A stretch of 64,000 nucleotides of DNA, from the NCBI GenBank assembly GCA_965223325.1, contig CBDCWI010000002.1, positions 320,001 to 384,000 of the forward strand, written 5' to 3'. How positions within the stretch are numbered: the first letter of the stretch is position 1; each line of letters opens with the position of its first letter. The position numbers were made by a program, and so were the translations under genes. This DNA is from Candidatus Multivoradales bacterium (GTDB lineage: Bacteria; Acidobacteriota; Thermoanaerobaculia; Multivoradales; Multivoraceae). Under the pieces are notes generated by a model. The model saw nothing but the letters and a program-made list of their open reading frames with translations, was not told the DNA's origin and ran no database searches. Below, one piece after another: positions 46,432 through 55,900 of the stretch.

Positions 46432-48666
46432 ATGAAAGCCAAGCCCCAGAGGTCCATCACCCGCCAGAGAGCCGCCGCCGGCGACGCCAGCACGATCAAC
46501 AAACGCGGTGTCACCACCGTGGTGTTCTTCGCCGCCCTGGGACTGGTTGCGTTGCCGGGCTTCGCCCACGCCTACATCGGTCCCGGCGCAGGCGTCGCGC
46601 TTCTGTCGTCGTTCGCGGTGCTCTTTGTCACCATCATCATCGCCCTGGCCGCTGTCCTGGTGTGGCCCTTCCGCACCCTCTACCGGATTCTGCGACGCAA
46701 GAAGCCGCCCAAACCACTGGTCAAGCGGCTGGTCATCGTTGGCTTCGACGGCCAGGACCCGCGCCTCACCGACCAGTACCTCGCCGAAGGCAAGCTGCCG
46801 AACTTCGAGCGCCTCGCCAGGCGGGGCGGCTACCGCAAGCTGCGCACGACCTTCCCGTCGTTGTCGCCCGTCGCCTGGTCGAGCTTCAGCACCGGAACCA
46901 ACCCCGGCAAGCACAACATCTTCGACTTTCTCGACCGCGACCTGCGCAGCTACCTGCCGACCCTCTCCTCCACTGCCATCGGCCGGGTCGAACGCTTCCT
47001 GAAGCTGGGCAAGTGGCGCATCCCGCTTCATAAGCCGGAGCTGCGCCTCCTACGCAAGTCGAAACCGTTCTGGTCGATCCTCGGCGAGCACAACATCTGG
47101 AGCACGGTGCTGCGCGTCCCGATTACCTTTCCGCCCGACAAGTTCTACGGTGCGCAGCTCGCCGCAATGTGCGTTCCAGATCTCCTCGGTACCCAGGGCA
47201 CCTTTCTCCTGTTCACGACCCGACCGGCAGAGGGAGAGTTCAAGGAGGGCGGCCTGCGGTTCGAGCTCCCAGACTCAGGTGGCAACCACTTCGAGACCCA
47301 GGTCGAGGGTCCAGAGAACACCTTCTTGCCACCCGACGAGGATGGCGACGAACCCAAACTCACCACGCCAATGACCATTCGCCTCGACCGCTCAGAAGGT
47401 CTCGCGCACATCGAAACCGGTGATGAGAGCCTGGTCCTGCGGCCGGGTGAGTTCTCGCCCTGGGTGACCTTGACGTTCAAAGCGGCGCCCGGAGTCAAGG
47501 TCCACGGCATCTGCCGCATGAAGGTCACCGAAATGCCCGGCCATGACGAGAGCGAGCACTTCTCGCTCTACCTGACACCGCTCAACATCTCGCCTGACAA
47601 GCCGGCCATGCCGATTTCCCATCCGTCGTACTACGCCACCTACCTGCAGAAGGTCGTCGGCGACTACTGCACTTTGGGGCTCGCCGAAGACACCTGGGCA
47701 CTCAACGAAGGGATCACCGACGACGGCACCTTCCTCGAGCAGACCTATGACATCGATCGCGAGCGTGAAGAGATGTTCATGGCCTCACTCGAGAAGCTCA
47801 AGAAGGGCGCCCTGGTGTGCGTCTTCGACGCCACCGACCGCATCCAGCACATGTTCTGGCGCTATCACGAGAAGGGTCACCCCGCTGCCGCCGGCATCGT
47901 CGACCCTGAGCACGGCGACGCGATCGAGAAGCTCTATCGCCACAACGACGAGCTCCTCGGCCGGGTGATGGAAAAGCTCGATGACGACGACCTGTTGATC
48001 GTGCTCTCAGACCACGGCTTCGACTCCTTCCGGCGGGGTGTCAATCTCAACCGCTGGCTGGTCGACCAAGGGCTCCTGGTGCTCAAAGAGGGCACCGACG
48101 GTTCGAGCGAGTGGCTGCGCGATATCGACTGGTCGAAGTCGAAGGCCTATGCCCTGGGCCTGTCAGGAATCTTCCTCAACCTCGCCGGCCGCGAAGAACA
48201 GGGCATCGTGCAGCCAGGCGAGGAGGCGCGCGCCGTCAAGCAAGAGATCATCGAGGGTCTCGCCGGCATGATGGACGAAGAACGTGGCGAGGTCGGCATC
48301 ATCGAAGCATTCGACACCGAGGTCATCTATTCGGGACCCTACCGCCGCAACGCTCCCGACCTGATCATCGGTTTCAACTCCGGCTACCGCACCTCATGGG
48401 ACTGCGCGACCGGCCAGTCTCATGGCCCGGTCTTCGAAGACAACACCAAGGCCTGGAGCGGCGACCACTGCATCGATCCGCGTTTGGTACCCGGAGTCCT
48501 GTTCTCGGACCGGCCCATCGAGAACGAAGATCCGTCGCTTCTCGACCTGGCCCCAACCGCGCTCCAACTGTTTGGTATCGACGCCCCGGCACACATGGAG
48601 GGCGAGGCGCTGTTCTCCGAAGCTGCAGTGAATCGAAAGACGACCCAAGAGCGCGACGCCGCCTGA
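46432..48666 (+). CDS. Membrane-anchored alkaline-phosphatase superfamily protein (type I phosphodiesterase/nucleotide pyrophosphatase-like)
   Basis: GFDG, TFPSLSPVAWSSFSTGTNPGKHNIFDF, DRIQH, LSDHGF, WSGDH, DLAPT; N-terminal signal plus TM; start uncertain. Confidence 0.88.
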   Translation: MKAKPQRSITRQRAAAGDASTINKRGVTTVVFFAALGLVALPGFAHAYIGPGAGVALLSSFAVLFVTIIIALAAVLVWPFRTLYRILRRKKPPKPLVKRLVIVGFDGQDPRLTDQYLAEGKLPNFERLARRGGYRKLRTTFPSLSPVAWSSFSTGTNPGKHNIFDFLDRDLRSYLPTLSSTAIGRVERFLKLGKWRIPLHKPELRLLRKSKPFWSILGEHNIWSTVLRVPITFPPDKFYGAQLAAMCVPDLLGTQGTFLLFTTRPAEGEFKEGGLRFELPDSGGNHFETQVEGPENTFLPPDEDGDEPKLTTPMTIRLDRSEGLAHIETGDESLVLRPGEFSPWVTLTFKAAPGVKVHGICRMKVTEMPGHDESEHFSLYLTPLNISPDKPAMPISHPSYYATYLQKVVGDYCTLGLAEDTWALNEGITDDGTFLEQTYDIDREREEMFMASLEKLKKGALVCVFDATDRIQHMFWRYHEKGHPAAAGIVDPEHGDAIEKLYRHNDELLGRVMEKLDDDDLLIVLSDHGFDSFRRGVNLNRWLVDQGLLVLKEGTDGSSEWLRDIDWSKSKAYALGLSGIFLNLAGREEQGIVQPGEEARAVKQEIIEGLAGMMDEERGEVGIIEAFDTEVIYSGPYRRNAPDLIIGFNSGYRTSWDCATGQSHGPVFEDNTKAWSGDHCIDPRLVPGVLFSDRPIENEDPSLLDLAPTALQLFGIDAPAHMEGEALFSEAAVNRKTTQERDAA

Positions 48667-48760
48667 TCGAGTGATCAGCGTACGGCCTGAGTCCAGCGCA
48701 CAACAGAACCCTCAAGCACACACACATACGCCGCCCATCGCGGCGAAGGAGCCTCGCAAC

Positions 48761-48955
48761 ATGTTCGGTGGAAGCAAGATCAAACTCGACAAGGACCTCC
48801 TCGACAAGGTCAAGAAGTACGCAGACATCGCAGGCTACTCCTCGCCCGAGGAGTTCATCACCCATGCTCTCGAAAAAGAGCTCGCCAAGCTCGAAGACGC
48901 CGACTCCGAAGAAGAGATCCGCAAACGCCTGAAGGGCCTTGGCTACATTTCCTGA
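48761..48955 (+). CDS. 64-aa ribbon-helix-helix-like microprotein with C-terminal RLKGLGYI tail
   Basis: AAGGAG RBS; KIKLDKDLLDKVKKYA..AGYSSPEEFITHALE follows the RHH beta-alpha-alpha pattern; clean codon usage. Confidence 0.8.
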   Translation: MFGGSKIKLDKDLLDKVKKYADIAGYSSPEEFITHALEKELAKLEDADSEEEIRKRLKGLGYIS

Positions 48956-48993
48956 TCCCACGGCCCGAGCCTCAAACTCCCAGCAGTCCCACT

Positions 48994-49821
48994 ATGAACG
49001 CCTTCTTCTCCCTGCTCGCAGGTCTGACCGACCTCCTGATGCGTCCCTTCGTCAACCTGCCGTTGATCGTGCCGGTGACGGTGATGGCAGCCATCGCCAC
49101 CGTCTTGTTCCTCCTGGTCTACCGGTGGACCTCGAACCAGGAGGGCCTGGTGCGGGTCAAGAACAAGCTGGCGGCATCGTTCTTCGAGATCAGGCTCTGG
49201 AACGACGACATCGGAGCCATCTTCCGCGCCCAACGCGACCTTTTGTGGAACAACCTCAAGTACATCGGCCTCAACCTGGTGCCGATTCTCTGGTTGACCA
49301 TTCCGTTCGCGCTCGCGATGGGGCAACTGCAGGGCTACTGGGGCTACGAGCCCTTCCTCCCAGGTGAAAGCCGCGTCGTCCGCGCCGAAGTGCTCGGCGA
49401 GATCGCCTCCGCCGGGCGACCCGATCTCGAGCTCGAACTGCCCGAGGGCATCACCTTGACCGCCCCACCGGTGTGGAGCAGAAAAGCTCACGAAATGGCG
49501 TGGCAGGTGCGCGCCGAGGCCCCCGGCGCCTACGAAATCGCCCTCCGCCTCGGCGATCAGACGACAAACAAAGCCGTCACCGTCGGCAAGGGAGCACTGC
49601 GCCGTTCACCGATTCGCGCCAACGGCAATTGGATCGATCGCATCCTCTACCCATCAGAACCGGCTCTCGATGAGGCCACCGGCCTCAAGCGCATCACCAT
49701 CGACTACAACGACGCCGAAGTCGACATGGGGTTCTGGTCGATCCACTGGCTGGTGCCGTTCCTGCTCCTCACCATCGTCTTCGCCTTTGCCATTCGCGAG
49801 CGCATGGGCGTGACGTTCTAA
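48994..49821 (+). CDS. Membrane protein, Oxa1-superfamily-like (DUF106/EMC3/TMCO1 pattern) with an inserted soluble domain
   Basis: Amphipathic N-terminus, TM1, helical hairpin (SNQEGLVRVKNKL...QRDLLWNNLKY), TM2 LVPILWLTIPF, beta-rich insert, terminal TM WLVPFLLLTIVFAF. Confidence 0.6.
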   Translation: MNAFFSLLAGLTDLLMRPFVNLPLIVPVTVMAAIATVLFLLVYRWTSNQEGLVRVKNKLAASFFEIRLWNDDIGAIFRAQRDLLWNNLKYIGLNLVPILWLTIPFALAMGQLQGYWGYEPFLPGESRVVRAEVLGEIASAGRPDLELELPEGITLTAPPVWSRKAHEMAWQVRAEAPGAYEIALRLGDQTTNKAVTVGKGALRRSPIRANGNWIDRILYPSEPALDEATGLKRITIDYNDAEVDMGFWSIHWLVPFLLLTIVFAFAIRERMGVTF

Positions 49822-49916
49822 CTGGAGACCCGGGGCAGCCTTGAAGGCTCCAAGCACCTGCTAGCGTGGCCAGCAACCAAGGAGGCTCTGCAACCGGTGT
49901 CGCAATCTCAAGGCTC

Positions 49917-50050
49917 GGCAAGTTTCGCGACGAGTGCCTCAACCAACACTGGTTCGTCGACCTGGCCGAAGTGCGAAGAGCAATCGAGACTTGGAGAGTC
50001 AGTCGACTACAACTGCGAGCGACCCCATGGCTCGCTGGGCGGCTTCGCCA
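49917..50050 (+). mobile_element. IS3-family transposase integrase-core remnant (frameshifted)
   Basis: GKFRDECLNQHWFVDLAEVRRAIETWRV, then after a 4-bp AGTC duplication (49997-50004) DYNCERPHGSLGG, the IS3 C-terminal signature. Confidence 0.85.
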
Positions 50051-50206
50051 GTGCGACGGTTCCAGGCTAATGCAAAAGAGCGCTTCGGTGTACCTTCTCG
50101 CCGTCCGGGCAAGTTTCCCGCTCCCGATCGTGGAGTCATTCTTTGAAACAGCGGAGCGCCGCCAACGAGGCATGACGAGTCGGTAGTTCACAGCGCCAAA
50201 CGCCCG

Positions 50207-50254
50207 TGCCACCGGAGACGATGCCACCGGAGGCGATGCCGCCGGAGACGATGC
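50207..50254. repeat. 3 x 15-bp tandem repeat (TGCCACCGGAGACGA variants)
   Basis: Read directly: tgccaccggagacga / tgccaccggaggcga / tgccgccggagacga. Confidence 0.8.
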
Positions 50255-50299
50255 GGTCGAACAAGCTTGCTGCGAAGGAACGCAGCATACAGATGTCAG

Positions 50300-50767
50300 C
50301 TAGCGCACGCAGGCACCGCCCTTGTAATGACCCAAGGGACAGGTCCACAGCTCGGGATTGACGGGCCGCCACTCCAGGTCGACAAAGGTGACGGTCGGCT
50401 CGGTTACCGCCGGCGACATGCCAGAAACCACCGCCAGGATCGCTGTCGAGGGCGCGTCAGACACCAGGCGCGTCACCGTGAGGGAGACCAGCGAAGTCCA
50501 TGCACAACCCGCGACCCCACAGCCACCGCCGCCGAGCGACAGGGACTCGTAGCGCACCTGGTAACGCTCGCCGGTCTTGTCGCGCAGGAACCGGACAACC
50601 TGCGGATGAGCCCGCACCGCCTCAACGGCCGGGTCTTCATCCTGCGCCGCTGCGGGTAGAACCAAGACCATCGCCAGAGCGGCCAGGAATACGCCAGCCA
50701 GGAAAAGTAGAACGAAGGACGTCGGCTGTTGGCCGTTGGTTGTCTCTTCTGTCGTCGAGAATGGCAT
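50300..50767 (-). CDS. Hypothetical secreted protein with four cysteines
   Basis: GGAGG RBS; signal peptide ending AAA-Q; CGVAGC and C-terminal C...C. Confidence 0.7.
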   Translation of the reverse strand: MPFSTTEETTNGQQPTSFVLLFLAGVFLAALAMVLVLPAAAQDEDPAVEAVRAHPQVVRFLRDKTGERYQVRYESLSLGGGGCGVAGCAWTSLVSLTVTRLVSDAPSTAILAVVSGMSPAVTEPTVTFVDLEWRPVNPELWTCPLGHYKGGACVR

Positions 50768-50781
50768 AGGACATCACCTCC

Positions 50782-52902
50782 CTATTCTTCGATGTAGCCA
50801 AGTCGTTTGAGTTCCTCGGTGGTCTGCGGATCGAGACTCCAAGCGTCGACAGGTTCTCGGCCATCGCCAGAGCTTTCGCCCAGTCCCAGCTGGCGGCGGG
50901 CCCTTTCGATCCCTTCCAGCACCGCCTGTCGCCTCTCCTGCAATTGCGCGACTGAACGGTCTCCATCGAGGCCGTCGAGAGCCAACGGTCGTTGATCGCC
51001 AGGGTCGGTGCTCCGATCGAAGACCGCCGACCGCGCGGTGTCGTTCGCTTGAATGAGTTTCTGACCTCGCCACACCATCGCACTGTGCCAATCGCCGCGC
51101 CGCGTGTGACTCATATAGATCGCCCGCTCGGGCCCTCCGGTGAAAAGAGAAGGCTCGACAAACCCTCGGACACCCGCCGGGACCTTGACGTGCGCCTCGG
51201 CGAGAAGACTGCGAAAGAGGCCCGCCGTCGAGCGCGGCGCGTCTTCGCTTGCGGCGCGGCGGCCGGGAGCCTTGAGGAGGAGCGGCACGCGAACTACCTC
51301 GTCGTAGAAGGTGTGCCCATGTTCGAAGCCGTCGTGCTCCCAGAACTCCTCACCGTGATCACCCACGACCGCAATGACGGTCTGCTCCCACCGCCTCGAG
51401 CGCCGAATCTGAGCGAACACCTCGCCAAGGGCCTGGTCGACGGCCCGCACCTCGGCGTCGTAGAGCGCTTCGATCGCCCGCTTCTCAAGGGCCGTGGGCG
51501 TGAACTGCCCGCTCAGAACTTCCTGCAGTTGCGAGAAGCGACCGCTCGCTAGACGCTCTGGGAGATCCTTCGGCAACCCGGCGGCGGGCGGTGCGTAGGG
51601 CAGATGCGGATCGAGCAGATGGAGCCACAAGAAGTACGGCCGACGCTCGGCACCGCTGGTCAACTGGTGCAGGAGATCTTCGGTTTCCGCTCCCAGCTCG
51701 GCGGTATTGCGATGGGTGGCAGCCGCCAGAACCGGCCAGGAGCGCGCCACTCCGTCGCGTGGTACCGCAACCGGGCGCAGCAGGCGCGCTCCGAGGGCGG
51801 AGCGCGGGCCGATGCGCGGAAACACCCGCCAGTGGTCGAAACCACGCCGCAACGTACCGAACTGGAGGTGGACTGAGGCTGCTACCGCTCCTGTTCGGTA
51901 GCCCGCGCCAGCCAACGTCTCGGCCAGGGTTGGAAGAGCGAGCGGAACCGGCTGGCGCATGTCGACGACCTCGTGGACGGCCGGCAGGAGCCCAGTGTGC
52001 AGACTGGCCAGAGTCGGGAGGGTCCAGGGAGCGACGGTCAGCGCTCGCTCGAAGCGCACCGCCTCAGAGCCCAGGGCCACCAGGTTCGGCATCAGCTCCT
52101 CAGTGAGTCGATCCGCCCGCAGGGTGTCGACAGTGATGAGAACCACATCGGGTCGTCCGTCGGCTTCTTCTGCGGCCGAAACAGAGGTCCCCGGCTTCTG
52201 TGCCCCGGCCCACGATCGTGCAACAACCACCACCAGAAACAAGAAGGCCACGACAACCACCGCGCGGGCAAGGCGCCGAGGCCAAGGGCTGCGGCGGATG
52301 AACCAGAACAGCAAGGCGCCGAGGGCAACGATCACCAGCCCATCGAGCCAGCGGCCCGGACCCGACATGTCGCGCCGCTCAACCAATGCGCCCATCCAGG
52401 GCCCGCCGAGGCGTAGGGCGACCCAGGTCAGGCCAAGAACGGCGACCGCCGAGACTCCCTCGAGCATGCGCCGGAAAAACTCGACGCGCTCGAGACCTGC
52501 CCGCCACAGGAGGGCCGCGACTGCCAGCGAAGTGACAACTGGCACAGCCACCTGCCAGGCTGCCGGGCCGCCGCCCGAACTGGTGGGAACCAGGGTGCTA
52601 CAAAGAGCCGCGACCGCCAGACCGATCAAGCCGCCCGCGGTCGCCAGCGCGACGGAGCGAGAAGCCGTGAGTGGCGAGCGCCCGGACAGTCTCACGAAAA
52701 GGGCGACGACCGCCAGTGAGGCGAGGGCCAGCACAACGCTGGTCGCGAGCGGCAGAATGAGGAGGTCGAAGGTCGTCGTTCGCACTCGCTCACGAACGAG
52801 TGCAATGACGAGGTCGAATGAACCGAACAACATGGCACCCGCCAGAACGGTTCGCAGCAACGGCCAGTTCATCCCGCCCGCGATGGTCTCGCGCACCTTC
52901 AT
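50782..52902 (-). CDS. Multi-TM sulfatase-like hydrolase/transferase with C-terminal LKRLGYI tail
   Basis: ~7 TM N-terminal domain; VVLITVDTLRADRL, APWTLPTLASLHTG, LDPHLPY, GDHGEEFWEH, HGH, VRVPLL; ATG 52902 overlaps the addA stop. Confidence 0.88.
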   Translation of the reverse strand: MKVRETIAGGMNWPLLRTVLAGAMLFGSFDLVIALVRERVRTTTFDLLILPLATSVVLALASLAVVALFVRLSGRSPLTASRSVALATAGGLIGLAVAALCSTLVPTSSGGGPAAWQVAVPVVTSLAVAALLWRAGLERVEFFRRMLEGVSAVAVLGLTWVALRLGGPWMGALVERRDMSGPGRWLDGLVIVALGALLFWFIRRSPWPRRLARAVVVVAFLFLVVVVARSWAGAQKPGTSVSAAEEADGRPDVVLITVDTLRADRLTEELMPNLVALGSEAVRFERALTVAPWTLPTLASLHTGLLPAVHEVVDMRQPVPLALPTLAETLAGAGYRTGAVAASVHLQFGTLRRGFDHWRVFPRIGPRSALGARLLRPVAVPRDGVARSWPVLAAATHRNTAELGAETEDLLHQLTSGAERRPYFLWLHLLDPHLPYAPPAAGLPKDLPERLASGRFSQLQEVLSGQFTPTALEKRAIEALYDAEVRAVDQALGEVFAQIRRSRRWEQTVIAVVGDHGEEFWEHDGFEHGHTFYDEVVRVPLLLKAPGRRAASEDAPRSTAGLFRSLLAEAHVKVPAGVRGFVEPSLFTGGPERAIYMSHTRRGDWHSAMVWRGQKLIQANDTARSAVFDRSTDPGDQRPLALDGLDGDRSVAQLQERRQAVLEGIERARRQLGLGESSGDGREPVDAWSLDPQTTEELKRLGYIEE

Positions 52903-55900
52903 TCGACGCGCACCTCGCTGCCAATCTCGAGGAAGAGCAGCCGGGCATCGACCGCTGCTGGTAGCAGGCCGAGAATCTGCGCCAGGGCATCGCGGTAGGT
53001 GGCAATCTGGTAGCGGTAGCGTTCGACGAGCTCCGGCACCCGGTTTGCGGGTACCCGGTCGCCCTTCCAGTCCCAGAGCACCGCCCCCGCCGGCTGCCCA
53101 CGCACGTGCTCGATGAAAACCCGATCGAAGCGACCGCTGAGGAGCTTCCCGTCCTGGACCAGGGCAAAGGCGCGCTCGCGCCACAGCTCCCCGCCTCTCG
53201 CTCCGCCCTTGCGTGGTGGCGCCAGGACCCGGAGAACCGTCGGATGAGAGAGCATCTGGCGGAACTCTCTGAGCCATCCTTCGAGGGACAGTCCTTCGAT
53301 CTCGGGGGCCTCGCGCCGGGCAATCGACATCAGCTGGCGATCGGAGGGTGCACTGTGGCGACCACGGCTCTTCTCTGGGTCGAGCCACTCGACCTCTGCC
53401 AACCAGGCGTGGAGGATCGACCCCCGCATCCGTTCGAGTTCGGAACCGCGCTCGAGCAGCACGGTCGCCGGCACGGTGCCGTCCTGGTGGGAACCCGCGG
53501 ACGGAGCAACCGTGACCAGACTCCTGGGGGGAGACTTCCGACGGGTTCGTTCACTGGCTGACGCTGTCTTCGAAGACGCTGGCTTAGACCGGCCGACCTG
53601 TTCGTCGTCCGGTCGCAGTCTCGAGTCTTCTGCCAACTCGTCTTGCGCCCGACTGAGGGAGCTACCCGCTAGCTTCTCCATCCACCGCGGGTCGCCGGCT
53701 CTAAACGGCACGCCGACGTTCTGGCGCGAGAGCGGCGTTCCTCTACCCAGAGCCTCGGCGATCCAGGCCGCTGCACCGCGGTCTCCGCCGCCTTCTTTTG
53801 CCAGCAGGTAGAGGCCATACCGGGCCCGGGTCATTCCGACGTAGAGCGCACTCAGCTCGTCCTGCCAGCCACGCCGCTGTTCCTGGAGCCGGGCAGCCTC
53901 GAGCCGGGGATCGAGACTGGCGATGCTCTTGTTTCGCGCTGGAAAGATCGCCGTCGGCGCGGCCGTCTCTTCTTTGCGCTCCACCCAGACGGTCGAGCTC
54001 ACACGTCGGGTCCAGTCGAGTTCGCACAACATCACCGCGTCGAACTCGAGGCCTTTCGATCGGTGGACGGTCATCACCCGTACACCAGACCGGGTCGGCT
54101 CTTCGACCAGGTGACGCTCGGCAGCAGCGACGAAGTCGATCGTTCGGCCCCGGTCATCCCGCTCAAAGGTCTCGGCCAGGTCGAGCAGCTGCGCGAGCCG
54201 ACGGCGCGAGCGCTCGCTGCTCACTCGCGCCAGCCAGGTTGCCAGACGCGAGACCATTCGCGGCAGGCCCTCCTCACCGATCCTTCGACGAAGCGCGGCC
54301 GACAACCGGTGGGGATCCCAGCTGGTGATCTCGAGTGGTTGTGCCAGGGGCGAATGGGCGAGATGAAAGAACGATGCGGTATCACCAGGATGATCGGCGA
54401 GTACCAGGGCCGACAAAACCAGAGCGACCGCGGGATCGTCGTCGATCGGGCTCCCGCCTTCGCCACTGGCGTCGATCCCGCCGCGGCGCAGGGCGTCGAG
54501 GACATGACCTGCGAGTCGATTGGTGCGGGTGAGAACGGCGATCGCCGGCTGGTAGCCAGGCGGCGCCGCGCCGAGCAGTTCCTCGATCCAGGCGCGCACT
54601 GCGGCGATATGGATGTTTGGCTCGTCGCTCGCCAGGTCGCCCGCCGACCCCTCGAACGAGTCTTCGTCAATCTCGGGCTCCGCGCTCGGCGACACTCGAA
54701 ACTCAACGTACCCGGGTTTCTCTCTATCGACGGCCCGGTGGGCTTCGAGACCATGCAACCAATCCGCAACCAGGTCGGCGTGTGGAGCTAGCGGCTTCCA
54801 CTGCGGGGCGGCGGCCAGTACCCGGTCGACGACCTCGAGAATCACTGGCGAGGAGCGATAGCTCACATCGAGGGTCTCGGGGGCGATCTCGCGTTTCGCC
54901 AGCTCGGCTTCGATGTCTCGAAAGAGGGCCGCGCAGCCACCACGCCAGCCATAGATCGCCTGCTTGGCGTCGCCGACGCAGAAGAAGCTGTGCGAGCCGT
55001 CACCGTGCGCCCAGATCTCCTCGGCGATCGGCTTGAGCACCCGCCACTGCTCGAGGCTGGTGTCTTGGAATTCATCGAGCAGGAGATGCTGGATGCGACC
55101 GTCGAGTCGATAGGCGATCTGCATGCGCACCGCTTCGTCGACCTCGCCAAGGCTTTCGAGCAGCCAACGGGAGAGGTCGCCGAACAGCGCCAGGCGCCGC
55201 CTGCGCCTGAGACTGTCGTACTGCTCGTCGAAGGCCCGGAGGAGCCCATAAAGCGCCATCCCGCGCCCGGCGAGCACTTCGAGCAGAGTGAAGCGCGCAT
55301 GTTCGAGCAGCGGTCGATAGGCCGCCACAACCACCGCGGGAAGCGGTTTGCGGTAGTACTGAAGATCGCCCTCGTAGACCTTCTTGGCCAGGCCATCCTT
55401 CAGGAACGACTCCCAGTCGCGCGCCTCGGCGGCTGCATAGTCTCTAGCGAGCGCCGTCTTGACGCGCTTCTCGAGCGGCTCCTCGATGAGGCAACGCTTC
55501 AGCTCGCGCAGGGCGTCCTCGAGGTTGACATCGGTCTGGGGCGGCGCCACTTCGAGACGGGTCCACGCTTCGGCGCTCCGGGCCTCGCGGTACAACTCGT
55601 AGAGGGCGTCGAGAACCCGGTCGAGAGCGCCAGCGACCGAGCGCTTCGCCTGCTCGCCGTGCAGGCGCTCGATGAGTCGCACCAACTCGTCGAGGTCGGA
55701 GCGCGCGCCGCGCTCGAGAACCCTCGAGAGGGCCTCGAAACGCAGCCGCTCGCTCTTCGGATCATCGGGGGTTCCGAGCTCGGGTCGCTCGGGCAAGCCC
55801 AACTCGTAGCGAAAACAGGTGACGAGCCGGTAGAAAAAGGCGTCGAGGGTCGAGATCTGAAGCCGGGGCAGATCGGCGACCAGGCGCCGCAGGAGCTCAC

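Noticed and set aside
50207-50254. CRISPR mini-array
   Set aside because: 15-bp units are directly tandem with no spacers; no cas genes
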